Below are positions 8,395 through 18,245 of a stretch of 64,000 nt of DNA, piece by piece. The translations under genes and the position numbers were made by a program. The stretch spans positions 3,752 through 67,751 of the forward strand of contig DATDHE010000588.1 in NCBI GenBank assembly GCA_036521695.1, given 5' to 3'. This stretch comes from Candidatus Acidiferrum sp. Lineage in GTDB: Bacteria > Acidobacteriota > Terriglobia > Acidiferrales > UBA7541. Numbering within the stretch: position 1 is the first letter of the stretch; each line of letters begins with the position of its first letter. The notes under the pieces are model-generated. The model was not told the DNA's origin. It searched no databases and saw nothing but the letters and a program-made list of their open reading frames with translations.

Positions 8395-11141
8395 GAGATC
8401 TGTTTCTTGAGTTCGGCGAGCAGATTGAGGGCGTCGAGGGGCTTGAGTTGGTCGAGGTCTGCGCCACGGAGTTTGTCGAGGACGGCGCGGTCTAGGGCGG
8501 TGAAGAGGACTTCCTGGTGGCCGTTGCGGCGTTTTCGGGAAGAGGCAGAAGCACCTGCCAAGGCGCCGACTGAGCTTGCCGACGGATCATCGAGCGCGCT
8601 GGGAGAGAGTGTTTCGCTGAGAGCGTGCTCGCTCTGCTCGTGTTTTTTGAGGACTTCGCGGGCGCGCTCTATGACGCTGCGGGGAAGGCCGGCGAGGCGA
8701 GCGACTTCGATGCCGTAGCTTTTGTCGGCGCTGCCGGGCTCGACGCGGCGCAGAAAAATAATTTCGTTTGGCGTCTCTTTTACGGAAACGTGAACATTTT
8801 GCACGCCCGTGAGGAGGTCAGCGAGCTCTGTGAGCTCGTGGTAGTGCGTGGCGAAAAGCGTGCGCGCACGAGTGTGCTTCTGCAGATGCTCGACGACGGC
8901 CCAGGCGATGGAGAGGCCATCGAACGTAGCAGTGCCGCGGCCGACTTCATCGAGAAGAACGAGACTCGAAGGGGTGGCGTGATGCAGGATGGCGGCGACT
9001 TCGCTCATCTCAACGAGAAACGTGGAGCGGCCGCGAGCGAGGTTATCGCTGGCGCCGATGCGCGTGAAAATACGGTCGGTAACAGGAAGTTTTGCCTGGC
9101 GCGCCGGGACGAACGAGCCCATCTGCGCCATCAGCACAATCAGCGCGGCTTGACGAAGGTAAGTGGATTTGCCCCCCATGTTCGGCCCAGTGATAAGCAA
9201 GAGCTGCTGCCGGCCGGGGTCGAAGCAAAGATCATTGGGAACGAAGCGCTCGCCGCGCTGGCGGAGAAGCTCTTCGATGACTGGATGACGCCCGCCAACC
9301 ATGAGCAGCTCGCCGGTGGCGTTGAACTCCGGACGCGCATAGCCGCGGTCGGCGGCAAGCTTCGCAAACGAAGTGAGCACGTCCAACTGCGCGACAGCGG
9401 CAGCCGTACGGCGAAGGCGCTTGGCCTGCGCGGCGATACCCGAGCGAATCTCGACGAACAGTTGGCGCTCGATTTCGAGAATGCGCTCGTCCGCCGCGAG
9501 AATTTTGCGTTCGTACTCTTTCAGCTCGGGAGACGTGAATCGTTCGGCGTTAACAAGTGTCTGCTTGCGTTCATAGTCGGGGGGCGCGAGATGAAGATTG
9601 GGTTTCGAAATCTCCATGTAGTACCCAAAGATCGAATTAAAGCGAATCTTCAGCGAAGCGATGCCGGTGCGTTTCCGCTCGCGTTCTTCCATCGCGGCGA
9701 TAATCTGCTTGCTATGCTGGCTGAGGTTGCGAAGTTCGTCGAGCTCGCCATCATAGCCGCTGCGAATCATTCCGGGATCGGTGGCGAGAGCCGGAGGCTC
9801 GTCGGCGATGGCGCGCTCGAGACTCTCGCGGACGTCCGCGAGTTCGTCAATTTCGCCGTGCAGATGGCGGAGCAGCGCGCTGCCACCCACAGGGGGTGGC
9901 GTCAAAAAATTCTTCAGCACGGGGAGCTGGACAAGCGATTTGCGCAACGCGACGAGTTCGCGTGGTGAGGCCAGGCCAAGAGTAATGCGGCTCGTGAGGC
10001 GCTCAAGATCCTGGATGCTGCGCAGCTCCTTGCGGATTTCGCCTCGAACCACGGTTTGCTGTACGAGATGCGCAACGGATTCAAGGCGCGCTTCGATAGC
10101 GTCGAGATCAATCAGCGGCCGCAAAATCCAGGAACGCAATAGCCGTGCGCCCATGCCGGTGACGGTTGCATCTAGAGCGGCTACGAGAGTCACAGGCCCG
10201 CTTCGGTTAGACTCCTCCGTAAAAATTGGCGTGATGAGCTCAAGGTTGCGCACGGTGACGGGATCGAGAACAAGCGTCTCGTGGTGCTCGTAGTAGCGCA
10301 CGCGGTCCAAATGGTGGAGCGCCTCCACGCTCGGCGGCTGCCTGCTCGTCGAGCCAGCGCCCGTGTCTGGACCGCGAGCGGCGTTCTCCCTCAAATAATG
10401 AACGATAGCGCCGGCGGCCGCGAGCGCTTGTGGATGATCGTCGAGGCCCAATCCCGTGAGCTCCGCGACCCCAAACTGTTCGCGCAGAATCCGCTCGGCG
10501 TAGTCCCGCTGGAAGATCCAGTCTTCGAGACGGCTTTCGACGCCCCCTGTGCCCTCGAGAAGGGAGCTCTTTGAGGTTTCGAAAAGCTGCTGCGGACGGG
10601 GAAGTAGCGTTTCGCGGGGATGGAGAAGCTGCAACTCGTCGTGAAGGGCTTCGTCGGCGTCAGCCCCGGAAAACTCCGTGGACTGGAACTCGCCGGTCGA
10701 AAGGTCCACGAACGCTAAGCCAACCGGCGAACCGGAGGGGTGTTTAGCCACGGCGGCCAAATAGTTGTTTTCGCGAGCGTCGAGAACCGAACCGTCGGTG
10801 GCCGTGCCCGGCGTGATGACGCGAACAACTTCGCGGCGCACCAGTTTTTTACCCGGTCCTGGCAGTTCCATCTGATCGCAAATCGCAATTTTGAAGCCGC
10901 CGCGGATGAGCCGCGCGATGTAGCCATCGGCTGCGTGATAGGGCACGCCACACATAGGAATGGGCTGGCCCTTTTCGCGGTTGCGCGAGGTTAGGGTGAT
11001 TTGCAGTTCGCGTGAAGCCAGGATCGCGTCTTCGTAGAACAGCTCATAGAAATCGCCGAGGCGGAAGAGCAACAGCGCATACGGATAGCGTGTCTTGATC
11101 GCGTGGTACTGCTGCATCAGTGGTGAGGTCGGCTCGCTCAT
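8391..11141 (-). CDS. mutS: DNA mismatch repair protein MutS
   Basis: PLMQQY, FRLGDFYELF, PMCGVPYH, TGPNMGGKSTYLRQ, STFLVEM, DEVGRGT, FATHYHEL. Confidence 0.98.
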   Translation of the reverse strand: MSEPTSPLMQQYHAIKTRYPYALLLFRLGDFYELFYEDAILASRELQITLTSRNREKGQPIPMCGVPYHAADGYIARLIRGGFKIAICDQMELPGPGKKLVRREVVRVITPGTATDGSVLDARENNYLAAVAKHPSGSPVGLAFVDLSTGEFQSTEFSGADADEALHDELQLLHPRETLLPRPQQLFETSKSSLLEGTGGVESRLEDWIFQRDYAERILREQFGVAELTGLGLDDHPQALAAAGAIVHYLRENAARGPDTGAGSTSRQPPSVEALHHLDRVRYYEHHETLVLDPVTVRNLELITPIFTEESNRSGPVTLVAALDATVTGMGARLLRSWILRPLIDLDAIEARLESVAHLVQQTVVRGEIRKELRSIQDLERLTSRITLGLASPRELVALRKSLVQLPVLKNFLTPPPVGGSALLRHLHGEIDELADVRESLERAIADEPPALATDPGMIRSGYDGELDELRNLSQHSKQIIAAMEERERKRTGIASLKIRFNSIFGYYMEISKPNLHLAPPDYERKQTLVNAERFTSPELKEYERKILAADERILEIERQLFVEIRSGIAAQAKRLRRTAAAVAQLDVLTSFAKLAADRGYARPEFNATGELLMVGGRHPVIEELLRQRGERFVPNDLCFDPGRQQLLLITGPNMGGKSTYLRQAALIVLMAQMGSFVPARQAKLPVTDRIFTRIGASDNLARGRSTFLVEMSEVAAILHHATPSSLVLLDEVGRGTATFDGLSIAWAVVEHLQKHTRARTLFATHYHELTELADLLTGVQNVHVSVKETPNEIIFLRRVEPGSADKSYGIEVARLAGLPRSVIERAREVLKKHEQSEHALSETLSPSALDDPSASSVGALAGASASSRKRRNGHQEVLFTALDRAVLDKLRGADLDQLKPLDALNLLAELKKQIS

Positions 11142-11196
11142 CGCTCAACCAGTATTTTTTCGTACGTCAAAAACACAAACACCCACGCGAGAGAGC

Positions 11197-13362
11197 TCAT
11201 TCGCAGATTCCTAGCTCTGTAAGTATAAAAGCATAATCGAGGGCTATCTCCCGCAAATAGTCATAACGCCCAGAAGCCCCGCCGTGGCCCGCGCCCATGT
11301 TCGTTTTGAAAAGCAAAGCATTAGTATCCGCTTTCAACGTGCGCAGCTTCGCCACATACTTCGCAGGCTCCCAAAACATAACCTGGCTGTCGTTCAGCCC
11401 TGTTTTTACGAGCATCGTAGGATAATTTTTGGCCTCGAGATTCGTGTACGGGCAGTAGCTCTTCATATAGAAATAATCTTCAACGATACGAGGGTCACCC
11501 CACTCTTCATACTCGCCTACGGTGAGAGGCAGCGAAGAGTCGAGCATGGTATTCAGCACGTCGACGAAAGGCACGTGATTAATGACCATGCGAAAGAGAT
11601 CAGGTCGCATGTTTGCAGTCGCGCCCATCAAGAGGCCACCCGCGCTGCCGCCTTCTATAATGAGCCTCCGCGGCGCGGTATAGCGTATCGCGATGAGATG
11701 CTCGGCCACGGCAATAAAATCGCTAAACGTATTGCGCTTATGCCGAAGACGGCCCGTGTCATGCCACGGCTTGCCAAGTTCGCCGCCACCACGAACGTGC
11801 GCGACCGCAAAAATGAAGCCACGATTGAGAAGACTCAAGCGGTTGGAGCTGAAATTTACGGCGATAGAGTGGCCGTAGCTGCCGTAGCCGTAGAGCAGCA
11901 AAGGCGCCGAGCCGTCCTGCGGCGTGTCCCGCCGATAGACGATTGAAATGGGCACGCGCGTACCGTCCTCGGTCGTGGCGTTAAGCCGTTCGCTGACGTA
12001 TTGCGAGGCGTCGTAACCGCCAAGCACCGGCTGCTCTTTGCGAAGCAAGGGTTCTCGCGTCCGAACGTCATAGTCAAACACGGAACGCGGCGTAATGAAG
12101 GATTCATACTGGTAGCGCACAAAGGATGCGTCGAACTCGGGGTTATCTCCGAGTGAGGCGTTGTATGCCGGCTCCGAGAATTCGATGCGGTGCGATGCGG
12201 AGAGAGCATTGGGTGCTTCAGCCCCGAGATCCACGATACGAAGATAAGGCAGTCCGCCTTCACGCTCAGTCAGAATGATATGCGATCGAAACACCTCGAG
12301 CCCGGCGAGCATTACGTCGGCACGATTCGGGACGATCTCACGCCATTTCGCGCGCTTCGAGTCCGCCACGGGCGCGCAGACAAGCCGAAATGTCCGGCCT
12401 TGTGAGTTGGTACGGATGAAGAAGTAGCCGTCCGTTTTATTCGGATTTGCACCGCGCGGTTCTCGCGTGAGCGGATTCGGATGATGGTCCACGTAATACT
12501 CGTGGTCCGTCTCGCGTGCTGCGATTATGCGAAACTCGCCGTACGGCTGCGCCGCAGGCAGAAAGCGCACCTCACTTGTCGTGTGGCTCGCAATTGCCAG
12601 CAGAAGAAAAGCGCCGCTGCGGGTGCGCTCGATTTCAATGCGGAAGCGCTCGTCGGTCTCTTCATAAATCATCGTGTCTGGCTCCGCCGATCCAGCTACG
12701 TGGCGATAGAGCCGGTGAGCGCGCTTCGTCGTTGGGTCTTCAACCGTGTAAAAAAGCGTGCGATTGTCCGCCGCCCAAGCCGCACTGGTCACGCGTTCCA
12801 TCACTTCAGGGAAATCCCGGCCACTCCACAGATTCTTGATGTGCAGCGTGTATTGCCGGAATCCCGTGGTATCCAGAGCGTAGGCCAGAAGCTGATTGTC
12901 ATTGCTAACGTCGAAAGCGCCAAGTCCGAGAAATGAGTGGCCCTCCGCCAAACGATTCAGGTCCAAAAGTATCTCGTCCAGCGAACCGCCAGAGTCGATG
13001 CGCCGGCAATGCATGGGATACTGCTTGCCTTCCTCCGTACATGTGAAATAAAGAAAGTCGCGCAAGCGGTAAGGAACGCTCAAATCCGTCTGAAGAATCC
13101 GGCCGAGCATTTCCTGGTAGAGCGCCTCCTGAAAAGATTCCGTAGGCCGCAAGATTGCGTCGGTGTAGGCGTTTTCCACCTCGAGATAAGCGATGACCTC
13201 TGGGTTCTCTTTTTGGCGCAGCCAGGCGTAGTGATCAACTCGCCGGTCGCCGTGCAAAATGGTCTCGACCGGCTCGCGGCGCGCTAGCGGCGGCGCAAGC
13301 GCCGTACTGTCTGTGGTCTCTTTCGAAAATGCTGGTGCTTCTTCTTTTGCGTCTGGGTTCAT
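11197..13362 (-). CDS. ptrB: S9A peptidase, oligopeptidase B
   Basis: DHYAWLR, YGYGSYG, HVRGGGELG, GGSAGG nucleophile, PLTVGEYEEWGDP, GHGGASGRYD. Confidence 0.92.
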   Translation of the reverse strand: MNPDAKEEAPAFSKETTDSTALAPPLARREPVETILHGDRRVDHYAWLRQKENPEVIAYLEVENAYTDAILRPTESFQEALYQEMLGRILQTDLSVPYRLRDFLYFTCTEEGKQYPMHCRRIDSGGSLDEILLDLNRLAEGHSFLGLGAFDVSNDNQLLAYALDTTGFRQYTLHIKNLWSGRDFPEVMERVTSAAWAADNRTLFYTVEDPTTKRAHRLYRHVAGSAEPDTMIYEETDERFRIEIERTRSGAFLLLAIASHTTSEVRFLPAAQPYGEFRIIAARETDHEYYVDHHPNPLTREPRGANPNKTDGYFFIRTNSQGRTFRLVCAPVADSKRAKWREIVPNRADVMLAGLEVFRSHIILTEREGGLPYLRIVDLGAEAPNALSASHRIEFSEPAYNASLGDNPEFDASFVRYQYESFITPRSVFDYDVRTREPLLRKEQPVLGGYDASQYVSERLNATTEDGTRVPISIVYRRDTPQDGSAPLLLYGYGSYGHSIAVNFSSNRLSLLNRGFIFAVAHVRGGGELGKPWHDTGRLRHKRNTFSDFIAVAEHLIAIRYTAPRRLIIEGGSAGGLLMGATANMRPDLFRMVINHVPFVDVLNTMLDSSLPLTVGEYEEWGDPRIVEDYFYMKSYCPYTNLEAKNYPTMLVKTGLNDSQVMFWEPAKYVAKLRTLKADTNALLFKTNMGAGHGGASGRYDYLREIALDYAFILTELGICE

Positions 13363-13518
13363 GCGTCTATTGATCTGATGCGCTCGGCGGGGTGGGCGCC
13401 GGGCCTTGCGCCGGATTTAGCCGGAGTCACACTGAGCAACGGCGAAATACCTTCGTCCGTTATACTAACGGAAGTCCGCGGCGGGACAAAGCCGCGCTGC
13501 CCGCGGGTAAGGATAGAG

Positions 13519-14175
13519 ATGGCGCAGGAAATCGAAATCAAGCTGAGAATCAGCGACCTAAAAGCTTTGAGGCGTACATTGAAGCGTCTAGACGCACGCT
13601 CGGTGGGAGCTGGATCAGGCCGCGTTCATGAGTGGAACGTCATTTTCGACACGCCCGACGGTGGACTCGCCAAACATGGTCAACTGCTCCGCATTCGAAT
13701 TGAAACGCCCGAAGCCAAATCAAAGAACGCCAAGAGCTCGCCCGCCAAGCGCATTCTGCTAACCTTCAAGAGGCCGGTCGTCGCGGGAACGGCACCTTCC
13801 GCGAGCGACCAAGAAAGCCACCGCCACAAAGTGCGCGAAGAGATCGAGGTCGAAATAGCCAGTGCCACGGTCCTTGCCAAAATCTTCGAAGGGCTGGGAA
13901 TGCGCGGCTGGTTCCGCTATGAAAAGTACCGCACCACATTTCGCTTGCCCGCCACGTCTAGCTGGGCGAAGGGCTTGCTCATCGAACTGGATGAAACCCC
14001 CATCGGACCGTTCGTCGAACTCGAAGGGCCACCTGCGGCGATCGACCGCGCCTCACAAGAAATTGGCTATTCTCGGCGGGACTACGTCTTGAGGAGTTAT
14101 CTCGCTCTCTATGTAGAAGAATGCCGCCGCCTAGGCCAAGAACCTCGAGACATGCTCTTCGCAGCCAAGAAATAG
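13519..14175 (+). CDS. CYTH-domain protein (class IV adenylate cyclase / triphosphate tunnel metalloenzyme)
   Basis: N-terminal EIEIK (ExExK), LLRIR, KVREEIE, YEKYRT, ELDETPIGPFVELEG. Confidence 0.88.
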   Translation: MAQEIEIKLRISDLKALRRTLKRLDARSVGAGSGRVHEWNVIFDTPDGGLAKHGQLLRIRIETPEAKSKNAKSSPAKRILLTFKRPVVAGTAPSASDQESHRHKVREEIEVEIASATVLAKIFEGLGMRGWFRYEKYRTTFRLPATSSWAKGLLIELDETPIGPFVELEGPPAAIDRASQEIGYSRRDYVLRSYLALYVEECRRLGQEPRDMLFAAKK

Positions 14176-14209
14176 CCATCCCAAAAGAAAAAATCAAAAA
14201 AATCGCTCA

Positions 14210-14254
14210 CAAAGTCATTCTTTGCTTGACTTTGAAACAGGCCCGGCTTATCAC
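14210..14254 (+). promoter_or_regulatory. Sigma70-like promoter overlapped by an 8-bp inverted repeat
   Basis: TTGACT(14226)-17 nt-TATCAC(14249), upstream A-tracts; CAAAGTCA-N9-TGACTTTG (14210-14234) covers the -35. Confidence 0.55.
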
Positions 14255-14259
14255 TGCAC

Positions 14260-14573
14260 GTGCGACTGCAATTTGGTGATTCAATTGCTCAACCATGGCA
14301 GTTCGCGATCGCATGGCGGCTCTATCGCTGACATGCAGGAGTGGATTCTCTTCTGATGAATGCGTCCAACGAACTGGAACCTGGCCCTAGTCGCTTCCGC
14401 AAGAAGTGGTCTGTTGGGGTAAGGCTTGTGAAGGTCGATTGGGCAACGTCGCGCGAGGCGCAGCACCTCCCGCAGGCGGTGGGGTGGGGAGGGTTCACGT
14501 CTGGCTAACGGTAAGTCCATTTTTATTAGGCACTTGCCCGCAGCCGAAGTCATTTCGGTATGCGGGCCTTTTT
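14260..14573 (+). ncRNA. Candidate structured leader RNA / sRNA upstream of the Mg-transport genes
   Basis: Several nested helices between a promoter and an intrinsic terminator; no convincing ORF. Confidence 0.45.
14536..14573 (+). terminator. Intrinsic terminator / attenuator ~90 bp before the mgtE-like start
   Basis: GCCCGCA-GCCGAA-GTCAT-TTCGGT-A-TGCGGGC followed by CTTTTTG. Confidence 0.75.
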
Positions 14574-14660
14574 GTTGATGCCTACTCGGTAAAGAAACTG
14601 CATTGAGCGCCCTTTGGCGAGTTTGGCCCGCAGGGCGACGGGCAGGGAAGAGGTCGTGCG

Positions 14661-15902
14661 ATGGAAATCTACGCTACAGAATTGATGGGCGCGCAAGCCT
14701 ACGACGCGCAGGGCAACTTCGTGGGCCGCGTGCGCGAATTCTTTATCGAGCCCTCCCAAGTGACCAACCGGCTGTCGCATTTCCTGATCTCGCGCGGCCG
14801 ATTCCAACCGCTGCTGGCCCGCCATGATCAGGTAGCCACTTTTGCTCCGGGCACGATGCGGCTAAACGTCAGCGAGCGAGCCCTGCAGCTTTATGAACCG
14901 AACGAATCGTTGCTGGCGGTGCGCAAGGATTTGATGGACCAGCAGATAATCGACACGCGAGGACGCAAAGTCGTTCGCGTAAACGACGTGGATTTGACGG
15001 AATTCAAGACCAATGGAAATGTAGAGCTGAGGGTCACTCAGGTGGATGTGGGCCTTCCCGGCGCGGTGCGAAGGCTCCTGCAAGGAGTCGTTTCCCCAGG
15101 CGTTATTCGCAAGCTGCAGCGCAAGCTGCCGCAAGGTGCGATTCGCTGGGAATTCGTTAATTTGATCGAGTCGGACCCCTTGCGGCGTGTAAAACTGCGA
15201 ATCACGCACGAAAAACTAGAAGACCTGCACCCGGCTGACCTGGCCGAAATCATGGAAGACCTATCAGCGGCGGAGCGGCAGGGAATTATCGCCTCGCTCG
15301 ACGAAGAGACCGCCGCGGCCGTTCTGGCCGAGCTCGACGAACGGCTGACCACGCAGATTGTCGAGAAGCTAGACCCTGAGAAGGCTGCCGACATTCTCGA
15401 AGAGATGGCGCCCGACGCGGCCGCCGACCTCCTGGCCGACCTTCCAAAGGAGACGTCGGACGAGCTTCTGGAAGAGATGCCCGGTCAGGAAGCCGACGAA
15501 GTGCGCGAGCTGCTGTCGTTCGACCCCTCGACGGCGGGCGGGATGATGAACACGGAGTTCATCTTCGTAGGCGAAGGCTCCAGGCGGGAAGAAGTGCTCC
15601 TGTGGATTCGCGGTCAGGAGCTGAATCTTGAGCAGCTGGACACTATCGTGCTGCTGGATGGCAAGGCGGAGTATTCCGGCACGGTGTCTATCGCGCGTTT
15701 GCTCCTCGCCGCCTCGGAACAAACGATGAAAGAGCTGCGCAGCGAGCCGCTCTTGAGCATTGCCGGAGACGCGGATGAGAAGGACGTATTTGAACTGTTT
15801 GACAAATACAACCTGCGCATGCTTACGGTGGTTGATGCGGAAAACCGCCCCATCGGCACGGTCACCGTGGACGACGTGGTATCGCGGCTTGTGAAGCAAT
15901 AA
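14661..15902 (+). CDS. MgtE-like cytosolic protein (PRC-barrel-like + MgtE_N + CBS pair, no transmembrane domain)
   Basis: LHPADLAEIMEDL, acidic MgtE_N repeats, TAGGMMNTE, FDKYNL..TVDDV; the ORF ends right after the CBS pair. Confidence 0.88.
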   Translation: MEIYATELMGAQAYDAQGNFVGRVREFFIEPSQVTNRLSHFLISRGRFQPLLARHDQVATFAPGTMRLNVSERALQLYEPNESLLAVRKDLMDQQIIDTRGRKVVRVNDVDLTEFKTNGNVELRVTQVDVGLPGAVRRLLQGVVSPGVIRKLQRKLPQGAIRWEFVNLIESDPLRRVKLRITHEKLEDLHPADLAEIMEDLSAAERQGIIASLDEETAAAVLAELDERLTTQIVEKLDPEKAADILEEMAPDAAADLLADLPKETSDELLEEMPGQEADEVRELLSFDPSTAGGMMNTEFIFVGEGSRREEVLLWIRGQELNLEQLDTIVLLDGKAEYSGTVSIARLLLAASEQTMKELRSEPLLSIAGDADEKDVFELFDKYNLRMLTVVDAENRPIGTVTVDDVVSRLVKQ

Positions 15903-15920
15903 AGAGGGAATCGAAAGCGC

Positions 15921-17240
15921 ATGAACTGGGAAATTCTCAAATCGAGCTTGGAGGGTCTGCAGACACGCGGCACGAATTTGCAACAGAAGATTCGCGGCTT
16001 GCGGCGCCGCCTAACGTTGCTGCTTGCGGTTGTCGGGCCGGGGCTGATCACCTCGAACGTCGACAATGATGCCGGTGGCATCGCGACGTATTCGCAGGCA
16101 GGCGCACAGTATGGCTACGCAATGCTTTGGGCGCTGATTCCTATGACCATCGCGCTCTACGTCACCGAAGAAATGTGCGCGCGCATGGGCGTGATGACCG
16201 GCAAAGGCTTGTCTGACCTCATTCGCGAGGAGTTCGGTTTTCGTTCCACGTTCTTTGTGATGGTCACCGGATTCTTCGTGGATCTGGCAAACGTCGTGGC
16301 GGAGTTCGCGGGCGTGGCAGCCTCGATGGAAATGTTTCACGTCAGCCGCTACATCGCCGTTCCCATCGCCGCTATATTGGTCTGGATTCTAGTGCTTCGA
16401 GGAACGTATCGACAGGTCGAAGTCATCTTCCTGATCGCGTGCGGGTTCTACGTTACGTACATCATTTCCGCGATTCTGGCCAAACCGGATTGGCTGGAAG
16501 CGGCAAAGCACGTTGTCATTCCGAATCTTCGTTTCGAGTCGGGCTACCTGGTCACCTTAACGGCGCTGGTAGGAACGACCATAGCCCCCTGGCAGTTTTT
16601 CTACCTCCAGGCCGGGTTCGTCGAAAAGAAAGTCGGCCCGCGCCAGTATCCGCAAGCGCGCGCCGATGTCTTGGTCGGCAGCGTCAGTTGCATGGTCATC
16701 GTATTCTTCATCATCGTGGCCACCGCGGCGACTCTCTACGCTTCCGGCCAGCGTGACATTACCGATGCGGTCCAGGCCGCCAAGGCGTTGATTCCGCTGG
16801 CAGGGAAATGGGCGGGATTTACCTTCGCGTTCGGGTTGTTGAATGCTTCGCTCTTCGCCGCCTCAATTTTGCCGCTCTCGACTGCCCATGTGATTTGCGA
16901 AGGACTGGGGTTTGAAGCTGGGATCGATCACAAATTCAAGGACGCCAAAATCTTTTACGGCCTTTACACCGTCTTAATCGCCGTTGGCGCCGGCATCATC
17001 CTGATCCCCCACGTTCCGATCTGGAAGATTCTCATTTTCTCCCAGGTAGGGAACGGCGTTTGGCTACCCGTGGTCATCATCTTTATTTTGCTCCTCGTCA
17101 ACCGGCGGGATCTCATGGGTGAGCACGTGAATACCCTGTCGTTCAACATCGTCGCCTGGGTCACGGCCATCGCGATGATCATTCTCACTGTTGTGGCGAT
17201 GTACACATCGCTCTTCCAGCCCCCGCCGCCGGGAGGGTGA
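15921..17240 (+). CDS. Nramp-family divalent metal transporter, NRMT (Mg2+)-type
   Basis: GPGLITSNVDNDAGGIATYSQAGAQYG (DAGG instead of DPGN), GTTIAPWQ, about 11 TM segments. Confidence 0.88.
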   Translation: MNWEILKSSLEGLQTRGTNLQQKIRGLRRRLTLLLAVVGPGLITSNVDNDAGGIATYSQAGAQYGYAMLWALIPMTIALYVTEEMCARMGVMTGKGLSDLIREEFGFRSTFFVMVTGFFVDLANVVAEFAGVAASMEMFHVSRYIAVPIAAILVWILVLRGTYRQVEVIFLIACGFYVTYIISAILAKPDWLEAAKHVVIPNLRFESGYLVTLTALVGTTIAPWQFFYLQAGFVEKKVGPRQYPQARADVLVGSVSCMVIVFFIIVATAATLYASGQRDITDAVQAAKALIPLAGKWAGFTFAFGLLNASLFAASILPLSTAHVICEGLGFEAGIDHKFKDAKIFYGLYTVLIAVGAGIILIPHVPIWKILIFSQVGNGVWLPVVIIFILLLVNRRDLMGEHVNTLSFNIVAWVTAIAMIILTVVAMYTSLFQPPPPGG

Positions 17241-17368
17241 AGCCCCTTGAGACCATCACTGAGACAACGATGCTCAGAACAGTGATGCCCGAAACGGCAC
17301 CACGGCATTGCGCCGCGGCCAAATCGTATGTTAACTTTGCGGCGTAAAGAAGAAACCTCAGAAAACCC

Positions 17369-18214
17369 GTGCCGCACACGAAATCACACACGACGCTGCA
17401 AGTTTCCGCCTCCGGCGCGATGGGGCCGTTGACGCCCGAGGAAGCGTTCCTCTTCGAAAAGCTCGATTTGGGCCGTCTGCCGCGGCACGTGGCCGTCATC
17501 ATGGACGGCAATGGGCGCTGGGCACAGCAGCGGCATTTGCCTCGCGTGGCGGGCCACCGCTCCGGCACAAAAACGGCGCGCTCGACGATTGAAACGTGTG
17601 CGCGACTGAAAATAGAGGCGCTCACGCTATACGCATTTTCGGTCGAAAACTGGAGGCGTCCAAAAACGGAAATCGACTTTCTGATGCAATTGCTGCGCGA
17701 ATACTTGCGCAGGGAAATGCCCCTGCTTCAGAAAAATAATATCCGAATGCGTTTTTTGGGTCGTACCGACGAGCTGCCCAAAGGCGTGCAGAACGATGTG
17801 CGCGACGCCATGGAACGAACCGCCGGAAACAAGGGCATGGTCCTATGTGTGGCGCTGAACTACGGCGGCCGAGCGGAAATTGTTGATGCCATTAACGCGA
17901 TATTGGCCGAGCAGAACGGCCATGCGGGCCACGCCGCGATTACGGAAGAGTCGCTCGCCAAACACATGTACACGAACGGACTACCCGACCCCGATTTGCT
18001 GATCCGCACAAGTGGGGAGATGCGCGTCAGCAACTTTCTGCTGTGGCAGATTGCGTATGCGGAGATTTTTGTGACGGAAACTCTTTGGCCTGATTTCAAT
18101 CGCGCCAGGCTTCTCGAAGCGCTTGTCGAATTCCAGAAACGCGATCGCCGCTATGGCGGTATTCGCGAAGGCCAGCCGGTTCCAGAAAAGTCAGCCCGAG
18201 TCGTCGGCGGGTGA
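17369..18214 (+). CDS. uppS: Undecaprenyl diphosphate synthase
   Basis: HVAVIMDGNGRWA, YAFSVENWRRP, LNYGGR, RTSGEMRVSNFLLWQ. Confidence 0.96.
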   Translation: MPHTKSHTTLQVSASGAMGPLTPEEAFLFEKLDLGRLPRHVAVIMDGNGRWAQQRHLPRVAGHRSGTKTARSTIETCARLKIEALTLYAFSVENWRRPKTEIDFLMQLLREYLRREMPLLQKNNIRMRFLGRTDELPKGVQNDVRDAMERTAGNKGMVLCVALNYGGRAEIVDAINAILAEQNGHAGHAAITEESLAKHMYTNGLPDPDLLIRTSGEMRVSNFLLWQIAYAEIFVTETLWPDFNRARLLEALVEFQKRDRRYGGIREGQPVPEKSARVVGG

Positions 18215-18245
18215 ACCTTTGAGCGCGGTCGTCGCCGCGGCAACC

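Noticed and set aside
8625-9968. 447-aa + strand ORF, and similar long antisense ORFs (5486-6364, 30230-31162, 37961-38749, 60449-61225)
   Set aside because: Shadow ORFs opposite well-conserved genes in GC-rich DNA; no recognisable motifs
14260-14300. Group II intron 5' end (GTGCG)
   Set aside because: No domain V and no reverse transcriptase ORF nearby
14353-14376. Hammerhead ribozyme core (CTGATGA...GAA)
   Set aside because: No proper stem II or GAAA, and no matching cleavage-site stems
14295-14390. MgtL-like leader peptide (31-aa ORF MAVRDRMAAL...)
   Set aside because: No SD, not Pro-rich, and it overlaps predicted helices
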